Assembly (NCBI GenBank): GCA_035368605.1
Contig: DAOSLF010000002.1
Coordinates: 12,023-76,022, forward strand
Origin: Candidatus Omnitrophota bacterium
GTDB lineage: Bacteria; Omnitrophota; Omnitrophia; Omnitrophales; Aquincolibacteriaceae
DNA length: 64,000 nucleotides
Reading direction: 5' to 3'
Shown here: in pieces, positions 38,672-47,422 of the stretch
How the letters are laid out: each line of letters starts with the position of its first letter
Numbering within the stretch: the stretch's first letter is position 1
The notes under the pieces: generated by a model
Databases searched by the model: none
What the model saw: only the letters and a program-made list of their open reading frames with translations
Told to the model about the DNA's origin: nothing
Position numbers and translations under genes: made by a program

Positions 38672-39704
38672 CTAATTGTTGGACCGCTTCAAAGACCTCA
38701 TCGGGCGTGATCCCGGAAAGCCAGCCATCCCCGGGGAGGTCCTTGCCGAAGAACGGGATCGAATAACCCGGCGGGACATACTGCAGGACGATCGATTCGC
38801 CGACACCGCGCGGTCCGGTAAGATCGGGGTCCGTGGGACCGAAGATCGCGGCCACGCGCGCCCCGACACCGGAAGCGATATGCATCGGCCCGGAATCCCC
38901 CGTCACAAGACATGTCGCGTGTTTGTAAATACAGGCGGAGACCCGGAGCGGCGTCTTTCCGACCAGATCGATCACGCGCAATTCGTCAGCCCCGGGCGCT
39001 CCCAGGCGGCGAAGTGATTTCAGAAAATCCATGAAAAGGGTTCGGTCCCCCGCGGAACCCGTCACCACAATCGGGATCTTCCACTTCGCGTGAACCATGG
39101 AGGCAAGTACCGCAAAATGCTCCACCGGCCAGCGTTTTGGCTTCCAGTTCGCTCCAAGATGGAAACAGACATACCGCGCGCCGTCCGTGAGCCCGTTCTG
39201 CCGGAGGACCTCGCGGGCCTCCCGGTCGTCTCCGGGTGTGAAATAAAAGCGGGACTTCGGCTCGATGGGCGTTTCATAACCGGCGCCCTTCATGAGGGTC
39301 ATAAAGTAGTCCAGCTGATGGAGCTTCCCGTCCGGCTCCCGGACCGCCGTCGTGAGGAAAAGGCTCCGCCCTTTTCCGTAGCCGGTGCGTTTTTTCACCC
39401 CCGCGAGACAAAGCATGACAGCCCGCGAACGGGAACGGTGGAAAAGATAACCTTCATCCCAGGGGCCGAGTTTCCGGAGCCGGAAAACGAAACCAGCCCG
39501 GGAGAACCAGGAGCGATGCGTGGATTTTTCGTCGAATGGAAGGAATCCGGCGACCGCCGGATGCGCTTCGAGAATCGCGCGGCAACGTTCCGGCGCGACG
39601 CAGAAAATCTCAGCCCCGGGATAGCGGCTCTTGATCACCTCAAGCGCCGGCATCTGGAAAAGCAGATCGCCGAGCCAGTTCTTCATCACGACAAGTATTT
39701 TCAC
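38643..39704 (-). CDS. Glycosyltransferase family 9 (heptosyltransferase-like), copy 4
   Basis: MKILVVMKNWLGDLLFQMPALEVIKSRYP. GTG start at 39702-39704. Confidence 0.85.
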   Translation of the reverse strand: MKILVVMKNWLGDLLFQMPALEVIKSRYPGAEIFCVAPERCRAILEAHPAVAGFLPFDEKSTHRSWFSRAGFVFRLRKLGPWDEGYLFHRSRSRAVMLCLAGVKKRTGYGKGRSLFLTTAVREPDGKLHQLDYFMTLMKGAGYETPIEPKSRFYFTPGDDREAREVLRQNGLTDGARYVCFHLGANWKPKRWPVEHFAVLASMVHAKWKIPIVVTGSAGDRTLFMDFLKSLRRLGAPGADELRVIDLVGKTPLRVSACIYKHATCLVTGDSGPMHIASGVGARVAAIFGPTDPDLTGPRGVGESIVLQYVPPGYSIPFFGKDLPGDGWLSGITPDEVFEAVQQLGAFPDGSGS

Positions 39705-39822
39705 ACTGTCAGAGATGCTTCAAGACATCTCTCCTCCGTTTTAAAACCGTTAAAATCTTTCTCAAACAAACCCGCCCGCAAGATCACGGCCCCGCCAAAG
39801 GCGTGACCTGACCCGAACGGGG

Positions 39823-41919
39823 TCATGCCTCAAGAAACCTTTTGGCGGTGTCAAAAACCTCATCCACCGAAATGTGGGCCAGGCATCCCATCGTCTCCTT
39901 TTCCTTGCAGACCCCGCTGTAGCAGGGCTGGCATGGGAGGTTCCGCATGAACACGGCGATCTTTTTCGCCGGCGGGACATGACGCTTCGGGTCCGTCGGG
40001 CCGAAGATCGCGGCGATCGGGACATGCATCGCGGCCGCGACATGGAGAAGGGCCGTGTCCCCGGAGACTACGAAATGCAGCTTTTGGAAGAACGCGGGCA
40101 GGTCCTCGATCCCGGTCTTCCCGATCAGGTTCACGACCCGGTCCGGGTCGAAGTCGCGGAATTCATTCGCAAGCTCCGCTTCGCCGGGCGAACCGAAAAG
40201 AAGAATCCGCGCGTCGTAGCGGTCAAAGATCCGTTCCGCGAGCTTCCGGTAATGCGCCGCCGGCCACCGCTTGGTCGGCCACTTGGGACTCGATCCCATC
40301 ACGAAACCGATGACCTTCGTATCGGCCTTGAGATCGAGCGAAAGAAGGACACGCTCCGCCTTTTCGACCTGCTCCTTGCCGGGCCAGAGCTCCAGCGTAT
40401 CATCATAGTCCTGGACTCCGGCCTTGGAGATCACCCGGAACTGGTGGCGGACCGGTTCTGCCGCGATCCGGAACGTCTTGTCGGGACGGTTCAGGAGTGA
40501 GCCCCAAAACCCGCGCGCGAACCCGTACCGCCGGATCGCGCCGCCGAGATACGCAAGGAGATACGTGTACTTGTTATTGTGAAGATCGACCGAAACGTCG
40601 AAGTTTTCCCGCCGCACGCGACGGGCTGTCTTCAGAAGATAGAGAGGGTTCGGAAACTTCTTCCGGTCGACCAGGATCATGTCGTCGAGGTAGGGGCAAT
40701 CCGCCATGATCCGCGAAAGCCGTTTATCGACGAGAAGCGTGATCGATGCGTCGGGGTACCGTTCCTTCAGCATCCGGAGGCTCGGCACCACAAGGACGAG
40801 GTCCCCCATCGCTCCCAGTTTGATTACGAGAATCTTTTTCTTCTTCCGGACCTCCTGGTAGACCTCGACGGTCTTCCGGACCATCTGCCCGAGCGCGAAC
40901 TTCTCCTCGATCTTCTTCCGCAGGGCAGTCGCGTATTCCCTTGCCTTTGCGCGATCCGTCAGCATCTCATACATGGCCTCCGCCATCGCGGTCACGCTTT
41001 TCGGCGGAAAGAGGAAACCGTTCACGCCGTGGTCGATGATGTCCGTGACACCCCCGAGCCACGTCGCGGCCACGGGCGTGCCGACCGCGCCGGCCTCGAT
41101 GATGACGCGACCGAAGGGTTCCGGAAGCGTGGAGGAGAGTACGAGCAGGTCGGACTGCGCGAGCAATCCCGGCACATCCCGTGACGGACCGGGCAGTTGA
41201 ACGCAGGACTCAAGGGCAAATTGCTGGATTGTCTTCCGGATCAGTTTCGTGTACTGGGTCCGGCCGCGGTTCTCGGCGCCGACCAGCCACACCTCGAAGT
41301 TCGGGAGGCGGCTCCGCAGGAGGTGGATCGCTTTCAGGAACTCGACCTGCCCCTTGTTCGGCGAGAAACGACCGACATGGATGATCCGGAATTTCCGGGG
41401 TTTTTCGTCGAAACGCTTGAGGGAAAAATGAAACTGGGAAAGATCGACGCCCCGCGGGATCAGGCGAATGCGGTCCTGGGGGACGCCGAACTCGTCGATC
41501 ATCCGCCGGCCGATCGCATTGGAAACAACGATCACGCGTTTCCCATACCCCATGACAAAGCTGAGCGGCTGCAGCGAATAATAGCCGTGACAGGTCGTGA
41601 CAAAGGGAACGCCGGTCTTCCGCGACGCGAGCCAGCCGATCCACCCCGGGACACGGCTGCGCGCGTGGATAATGTCGATCCGTTCGCGTTCGATGATCTT
41701 CACGATCTGGTCCACGAGGAGCAATGACGCGAGCGATTTCTGATGCACGGGAAGGCCGTAATGCGGGACGCCCATGCGGTGGAGTTCCGACACAAGCGAA
41801 CCGCCGGAAGAAACGACGACCGCTTCGTGCCCTTCTTTTTTCAGCGCGCGGGCGAGGTCCACCACCCCGCGTTCGACGCCTCCGACTTCAAGACTCGGCA
41901 ACAACTGGAGGATCTTCAT
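39823..41919 (-). CDS. Bifunctional glycosyltransferase: N-terminal GT4 domain fused to a C-terminal GT9 heptosyltransferase-like domain
   Basis: 698 aa. The N-terminus (MKILQLLPSLEVGGVERGVVDLARAL, ending in EAGAVGTPVAATWLGG) is GT4. Residues ~380-698 (KKILVIKLGAMGDLVLVVPSLRMLKERYP...) are GT9. Confidence 0.8.
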   Translation of the reverse strand: MKILQLLPSLEVGGVERGVVDLARALKKEGHEAVVVSSGGSLVSELHRMGVPHYGLPVHQKSLASLLLVDQIVKIIERERIDIIHARSRVPGWIGWLASRKTGVPFVTTCHGYYSLQPLSFVMGYGKRVIVVSNAIGRRMIDEFGVPQDRIRLIPRGVDLSQFHFSLKRFDEKPRKFRIIHVGRFSPNKGQVEFLKAIHLLRSRLPNFEVWLVGAENRGRTQYTKLIRKTIQQFALESCVQLPGPSRDVPGLLAQSDLLVLSSTLPEPFGRVIIEAGAVGTPVAATWLGGVTDIIDHGVNGFLFPPKSVTAMAEAMYEMLTDRAKAREYATALRKKIEEKFALGQMVRKTVEVYQEVRKKKKILVIKLGAMGDLVLVVPSLRMLKERYPDASITLLVDKRLSRIMADCPYLDDMILVDRKKFPNPLYLLKTARRVRRENFDVSVDLHNNKYTYLLAYLGGAIRRYGFARGFWGSLLNRPDKTFRIAAEPVRHQFRVISKAGVQDYDDTLELWPGKEQVEKAERVLLSLDLKADTKVIGFVMGSSPKWPTKRWPAAHYRKLAERIFDRYDARILLFGSPGEAELANEFRDFDPDRVVNLIGKTGIEDLPAFFQKLHFVVSGDTALLHVAAAMHVPIAAIFGPTDPKRHVPPAKKIAVFMRNLPCQPCYSGVCKEKETMGCLAHISVDEVFDTAKRFLEA

Positions 41920-42019
41920 CTGTTCAGAGACACGTCAGCGCATCTCTCCTCTTTTTTGAACGGCCGGTATTTTCAAGCAACATAAATCCTGCGGCGGTCC
42001 TGCGGACGGCAGGACCTGT

Positions 42020-43969
42020 TTATAACAATTCGCCCAGTTTCTGCAACAGGGCATTCTTTTCCCGGTCGATCACCGGGGAGGCTGCCTTGTTCAGAAGTTC
42101 CGCGACGGTCCTCTCCAGGTCCTCGAGACAGCAAAGCGTGACGAGACCCCGCTGGCTCAGCGTCTGGTGAAAGCGGTAATGTTTCGCCGGAAGATCGCCT
42201 TGCCCCGCCACAAGCACGATGACCCTCTTTCCGCTTCCGACCGCCTCCGAGATCATCGCGAGGCTGTCCTCCGTCACGATGATGAGGTCCGCGAGCCCCA
42301 TCATCCCTCCCGCCGCATATGGCGGGTTCTCTTCGTTCGCGACCACAAGATAGCGGCACGCGGGGTCCCGGGAAAGCACGTTTTTCAGAAACTGTTCGAC
42401 GTTTTTGGTCGTCCGCCGCGACGTCGTCACCATGTATTCCAGACCGGAGCGGGACAGGCGCCGCAGGATCATCGCGATTTTTTCGGCGTCCGGGGCCATG
42501 ATGTCATACCCGCGTGTTTTGCCGCCGAGGAAGACCGCGATCCGGATCCGGGAGATATCCCCCACCTTCGCCTTGAGGGCCGCAATGTCACCGGAACGGT
42601 CCACGGCCCGATAGCCGCTCGGCATAATCACGGACCGGAAAGTCCTTTTCGGGACCGGCCCCTCGTCGTGCGCGGGGACAACCGCAAGATCGTAAGGCAT
42701 CAGGGCATACGGGAACGGCGGCTTCATGATAACGACCGTCTTCGCGCCGGTCTCCCTCGCAAGAAGCTGCTGAACCGGGGCAAGACTCGATCCCGCGGTC
42801 ACGATGAAATCCGCGCGGGCGTTCTCGATCGCCCGGTAACTTTCCTCCGTAAGGAACGGCGCGAGCCAGTTCAGCCTCCCCTGGATCCACGGTCTCATCA
42901 GCGGGGCCAGCGCAAAAAGCAGGCTCCGATGACCCGCGGAACGGTATTCGATATGGGCTTTCACAGTCTCGAACTCCAGACCGGGACGGTCGTGGAACTC
43001 CGTGAGCGAGCTCATCATCCCGGCGACAACATCGGACTGCTTGAAGTGCCCGGCCTTGCCGTCCGAGAGGATCAGGATCCTCCGCGACCAGCTGTACTTC
43101 CACCGCTTGTTCTCCCAGAGCCACTGGCCGGGATATTTCGAAATAAACTCCTCGAGCGAGGCCAGGTACTGCCGCGCGACGGACTCGATGCGCTCTTCGT
43201 TCGTGGCGGACGGATCGTCCCTGAGGACATCCCCGACGAAGATCTCATGCCGGGCATGTTCCACCCGGACCATGTAGCACGGCATCAGAAGCGAGCCGGT
43301 CCTCACGGCAAGCTCGAAGGCCCCCGTCGGGACCGATGTTTTTATGCCGAAGAAAGGAAGGATGATCCCTTCCGTTTTCCCCGCCGACTGGTCGGCGAGC
43401 ACGCCGATCAGTTTACCTTCCTTGAGGGCCCGTACAAGACTGCGGATACCCGCGCCGCGGCTGACCGCGACCGAACCGTGCGTTTCCCGGAGCTTGTTCA
43501 AGAGCTCGTTCAACCTCGGGTATTTCTGGTCGCGCGCAAGCACATGGATCGGTGTTCCCCGGAGCCCGGCGACAACCTGCAAAAGTTCCCAGTTCCCGAA
43601 GTGTCCCGTCAGGAGCACGCCCCCCTTGCCGGATTTCGCCAACGCCTCGAACTTTTCGAGACCGTGAATCCGGATGTTCTGCCCGATATGCGCCGGTGTC
43701 AGTTTCGGAAAGCTCATGATCTCGACGATGTTTTGGGCCATGAGTCCGTAGTGATCGCGCACGGCCTTCCACCGGGCGCGCGGGGTCAAACGCTCACCGA
43801 GCGCGTTTCGGAGGTTCACGTAAGCAACGCGCCGTTTCCCGGAAAGATAAAAAACGCCTTTTCCGAACGCGTCACCGATCCGGAGGCTGGTCGCGAGAGG
43901 AAGGCGCGCGAAGCAGGCGATCAGGACGCGGGCGATCCCGTAAGCGATCAGATCGAGGGCTTTTTCCAT
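42020..43969 (-). CDS. Fusion protein: N-terminal LpxL/HtrB-family lipid A acyltransferase plus a C-terminal ELM1/GtrOC1-like (PF06258-type) putative glycosyltransferase domain
   Basis: 649 aa. Residues 1-300 carry the GHFGNWELLQVVAG acyltransferase motif; residues ~300-649 resemble the DUF1022/ELM1 family. The ELM1 call is from recall. Confidence 0.7.
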   Translation of the reverse strand: MEKALDLIAYGIARVLIACFARLPLATSLRIGDAFGKGVFYLSGKRRVAYVNLRNALGERLTPRARWKAVRDHYGLMAQNIVEIMSFPKLTPAHIGQNIRIHGLEKFEALAKSGKGGVLLTGHFGNWELLQVVAGLRGTPIHVLARDQKYPRLNELLNKLRETHGSVAVSRGAGIRSLVRALKEGKLIGVLADQSAGKTEGIILPFFGIKTSVPTGAFELAVRTGSLLMPCYMVRVEHARHEIFVGDVLRDDPSATNEERIESVARQYLASLEEFISKYPGQWLWENKRWKYSWSRRILILSDGKAGHFKQSDVVAGMMSSLTEFHDRPGLEFETVKAHIEYRSAGHRSLLFALAPLMRPWIQGRLNWLAPFLTEESYRAIENARADFIVTAGSSLAPVQQLLARETGAKTVVIMKPPFPYALMPYDLAVVPAHDEGPVPKRTFRSVIMPSGYRAVDRSGDIAALKAKVGDISRIRIAVFLGGKTRGYDIMAPDAEKIAMILRRLSRSGLEYMVTTSRRTTKNVEQFLKNVLSRDPACRYLVVANEENPPYAAGGMMGLADLIIVTEDSLAMISEAVGSGKRVIVLVAGQGDLPAKHYRFHQTLSQRGLVTLCCLEDLERTVAELLNKAASPVIDREKNALLQKLGELL

Positions 43970-45015
43970 TATCGTTTGATCCCCAGGAGCCGCAGCAGAC
44001 GGTCGGTCAGGATTTCTTCTCCCGAACGGACCCGGATGCGCGCCGCGAGCACGAGCGGGTTCAGAACCCTGGAGATCAGATCCCGCGAACGGTAAAAATC
44101 TTTCTCGGTGGTAATCACTTCCTCCACTCCCGCGGAACGGCTGATCTCCCTGATCTCGGCGAGCTCGTTCTCGATGTATTCGTGATGATCGAGGAACTCG
44201 AAATTGCGGACGGTCTTGACGCTTGCGCGCTGGAGTACCAGCTGGAAGGATCGCGGCGTCCCGACGGCCGCGAACGTCGCTACCTTTTTGCTCTGAAGCT
44301 TGTCGAGCGACATACGGGCGCGGTTCCTCGCCCGATAAAAAAAGAGCGGCTCCATGTAAGCTTCCACGAACTGCGCCTGCGGCGAGAACTTCTGGATCTT
44401 CGCGCGAATCGCCTTCAGGGTATCCGAGGCTACGAGGTTCACGTGCGTGAGAACAACGATATGGGCCTTTTTCAGGACAGACAGCGGCTCACGGAGAATT
44501 CCCCTTGGGATGAGCTTTTCATTACCGAACGGGTTGAGCGAATTCACCACGACGATCTCGCAGTCGCGTTCGACCGAGGTATGCTGGAGCCCGTCATCGA
44601 GGATCGCGATATCGATCGGCTTTTCCTTATGGAGCCGGAGCGCCGCGGCGGCGCGGTCCTTGCCGACCCCGATCACCACGGTGGGCATATGGTGCCGGAA
44701 CTCCTCGACCTCATCGTGATTATAACCGCGGGTCAGGATCAAGGGGGTCTTGCGGATCGACGCGATCTTCCGCGCGATGAACTCCACAAGCGGCGTCTTG
44801 CCGGTGCCGCCCCACGTGAGATTGCCGACGCTTATGACCGGGAACGGCAGTTTCGCGCGTTTGAGAATCCGGCTCTCATGACCCCACCGGGAAAGGCGGG
44901 CGCCCGCCCCGTAAAAAAGGGACGCGAAACCGAGGATCGGGCCGAGGGCCCGCGACGCCGCGTCATGACATTTTCCCTCCGCAACCAGCCGAAAATAGTT
45001 TTTCAGATTTTCCAT
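43969..45015 (-). CDS. lpxK: Tetraacyldisaccharide 4'-kinase
   Basis: 348 aa with a P-loop (VISVGNLTWGGTGKTPLVEF). Confidence 0.85.
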   Translation of the reverse strand: MENLKNYFRLVAEGKCHDAASRALGPILGFASLFYGAGARLSRWGHESRILKRAKLPFPVISVGNLTWGGTGKTPLVEFIARKIASIRKTPLILTRGYNHDEVEEFRHHMPTVVIGVGKDRAAAALRLHKEKPIDIAILDDGLQHTSVERDCEIVVVNSLNPFGNEKLIPRGILREPLSVLKKAHIVVLTHVNLVASDTLKAIRAKIQKFSPQAQFVEAYMEPLFFYRARNRARMSLDKLQSKKVATFAAVGTPRSFQLVLQRASVKTVRNFEFLDHHEYIENELAEIREISRSAGVEEVITTEKDFYRSRDLISRVLNPLVLAARIRVRSGEEILTDRLLRLLGIKR

Positions 45016-46333
45016 CGACCTTGGTCCTTTCTATCCCCCTCCGGGCCGCGAGAAAGGTCAGGACCCATCCGGCCTGACGTTTGCTCGCCCCCCGAAGGCG
45101 GCTGACGATCTGGTTCGCTTTGATGCCCGCCTCGCGGCGCAGGGCCGGATCCGACAGGAACTTCTCTGACAATGCCGTTAGGTCCCCCGGTTCCCGAACA
45201 AGAAAAGCCCCGCCGCCCCGATCGAGCTCGCGGTAGATCAAGTTAAAATTAAAAACATGCGGCCCGTGCATCACGGCCCGATCGAAGCGCGCGGCCTCGA
45301 CCGGATTTTGTCCGCCGTGCGGAATAAAGCTTCCGCCCATGAACACGAGATCCGCGGTCCGGTAAAGATATTTCAGTACTCCAAGCTGGTTAAGGATCAA
45401 AACATCAAAACTTCCCGCGACGGGCGCCGGCACCGAAAGCGCGGTGCGGCATCCGGCCGACGCAAGCTTTCCCGCAAGGTCTTCCGAACGCTCGATATGA
45501 CGCGGCGCGATGACCATCTTCAGCGCCGGGAACTTCACTTTGAGCTGTCGAAAAACCTCCGCGAGAATCTCCTCCTCACCGGGGTGCGTGCTGCCGGCCA
45601 CGAACACCGGATCTGTCATCCCGAACCCGAAGCGCTTCCTCAGTTCTTCCGGCGAGGGTCCGTCCTTCCCCTCCGCCGCCACCTGATCAAATTTCATGTT
45701 CCCCATCTCACGGACGGCTTCCCGGGGGACGCCGAGCGCCCGAAACCGGCCGGCATCTTCTTCCGTCTGAGCCAGGACAAAACCGATCCCGGCCCAGATA
45801 TTTTTCAGAAAAAATCCGGCCGCTCGGTAACGGCCGAAGGATTTTTCGGAAAGACGCCCGTTCACGATCCCGACAGGGATATTCCGCCGTTTCGCCTCGC
45901 TCAAAAGGTTCGGCCAGACCTCCGTTTCGGCAAGCAGCACGGCCTCCGGACAAATCGTGTCAAAACACCTCCGCACCGCGAACGTCAGATCGAACGGAAA
46001 ATATCCGACGCGGACCCGCCGGCCCGCGAGCTTCTGCGCGATCTTCTGCCCCGTCGGGGTTACCGTTGTCAGAACGATATCAAGGCGCGGGTCCTGTTCC
46101 AGGAGTTCCGTGACGAACCTTTCGACGGCGTTCACTTCCCCCACGCTCACCGCGTGGAGCCACACCGTCCGTTGCCCTTCCGTTCGGACCTTCCAGGAAT
46201 CCGGGAGACGCCCCCACCGTTCGCGCCAGAGCCGATCGGGATCGTCCGCGAGCTTGATTTTCACGAGAAAGACGGGAAGATAAAAGATCCCGAAGACCGC
46301 GAACGCCAGATTGTAGAAAATCGAGCTTAACAT
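44963..46333 (-). CDS. waaA: 3-deoxy-D-manno-octulosonic acid (Kdo) transferase
   Basis: 456 aa. WLHAVSVGEVNAVERFV and overall KdtA/WaaA similarity. Overlaps lpxK by 53 nt. Confidence 0.85.
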   Translation of the reverse strand: MLSSIFYNLAFAVFGIFYLPVFLVKIKLADDPDRLWRERWGRLPDSWKVRTEGQRTVWLHAVSVGEVNAVERFVTELLEQDPRLDIVLTTVTPTGQKIAQKLAGRRVRVGYFPFDLTFAVRRCFDTICPEAVLLAETEVWPNLLSEAKRRNIPVGIVNGRLSEKSFGRYRAAGFFLKNIWAGIGFVLAQTEEDAGRFRALGVPREAVREMGNMKFDQVAAEGKDGPSPEELRKRFGFGMTDPVFVAGSTHPGEEEILAEVFRQLKVKFPALKMVIAPRHIERSEDLAGKLASAGCRTALSVPAPVAGSFDVLILNQLGVLKYLYRTADLVFMGGSFIPHGGQNPVEAARFDRAVMHGPHVFNFNLIYRELDRGGGAFLVREPGDLTALSEKFLSDPALRREAGIKANQIVSRLRGASKRQAGWVLTFLAARRGIERTKVDGKSEKLFSAGCGGKMS

Positions 46334-46424
46334 CCCTGAACCCTTTGTTAACTTGCCTCATGCCACAGAAACCGGAACCGGTTCCTCATCGATCCCATGG
46401 TCCCGCGTTACAAACCCCTGTTTT

Positions 46425-47303
46425 TTACGCCCTCGGGTGCGCCGCCGTGTAGGCATCCTTCAAACGCTGCGTCGTCACATGCGTATAGATCTGCGTCGTT
46501 GAGAGACTCGCGTGGCCGAGGAGTTCCTGTACGCTCCTCAGGTCCGCGCCGCGGTCCAGCATGTGAGTCGCGAACGAATGGCGGAACATGTGGGGCGACA
46601 CTTCTTTTCCGAGTCCCGTCCGTTTCACATATTTCAGGATCATGCGCCGGACGCTCCGGTCCGTCAGCCGTCCGCCGAGGCGGCTCACAAAAAGCGGTTT
46701 CTTGAACGCGGGCGCGAGATCCTTCGGCGGTTTTTCATCCAGATAGCTTTTGAGACAATTCAGCGCAACCTGCCCGACCGGGACGATTCTCTCTTTTTTC
46801 CCCTTGCCGCGGACCCGCAGAACGCCGCCGAAAAGATCGCAGTCGTCGTGGTTCAGCCCGACCAGCTCACTCACGCGAAGCCCCGAACTATAAAGCATCT
46901 CGAGAATCGACTTGTCCCGTTTCTCCTCCCACGTCGGCTTGTTGGGGGCATCCAGGAGCTTCGTAACCTCGTCGGGATTCAGAAAATCGGGAAGGCGCTT
47001 CTCCTTCCTGGGGGTCGAGATTCCCACGGCGGGGTTCTGGGTCATGACGTTCTCGCGGGCAAGATATTTGAAAAAAGACCGGAGACAGGCCAATTTCCTC
47101 GCGACGGAGCTTTTGCTGTAATCGCGTGATTTCAGAAAAGAAAGAAAGGCGCGGATATCAATGTAGGTGACATCCTTCAGAGGTTTCTCCCCGAGGAACT
47201 TCCGGAACTCGCGGAGGTCGATCGAATAATTCTTCGTCGTGTGTATCGACGCGCCTTTTTCGGTAATCAGGAACTGCAAAAAATCATCGACTTCTTTTTC
47301 CAT
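46425..47303 (-). CDS. xerC: Tyrosine recombinase XerC/XerD family
   Basis: 292 aa with an N-terminal SAM-like domain and C-terminal catalytic residues (HMFRHSFATHML, LLGHASLSTTQIYTHV). Confidence 0.85.
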   Translation of the reverse strand: MEKEVDDFLQFLITEKGASIHTTKNYSIDLREFRKFLGEKPLKDVTYIDIRAFLSFLKSRDYSKSSVARKLACLRSFFKYLARENVMTQNPAVGISTPRKEKRLPDFLNPDEVTKLLDAPNKPTWEEKRDKSILEMLYSSGLRVSELVGLNHDDCDLFGGVLRVRGKGKKERIVPVGQVALNCLKSYLDEKPPKDLAPAFKKPLFVSRLGGRLTDRSVRRMILKYVKRTGLGKEVSPHMFRHSFATHMLDRGADLRSVQELLGHASLSTTQIYTHVTTQRLKDAYTAAHPRA

Positions 47304-47422
47304 CCCTTGCCCCTTGCCCCGTCACGGACCCGCGGGCCGGACCCAAGGTCTGTCCGCACTCCGCGATTCTCATTCTGGATCGATCCGGGTTCACGCCGCA
47401 CTGCCGACGCATTCCCGTTCCT

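Noticed and set aside
42167-44095. 642-aa + strand ORF
   Set aside because: Antisense to the LpxL-ELM1 fusion and lpxK. Low-complexity Arg/Asp/Pro-rich product.
46374-46385. 12-bp palindrome GGAACCGGTTCC upstream of waaA
   Set aside because: It is short and GC-rich in a GC-rich genome, so chance occurrence is plausible. No accompanying -10/-35 elements were recognised.
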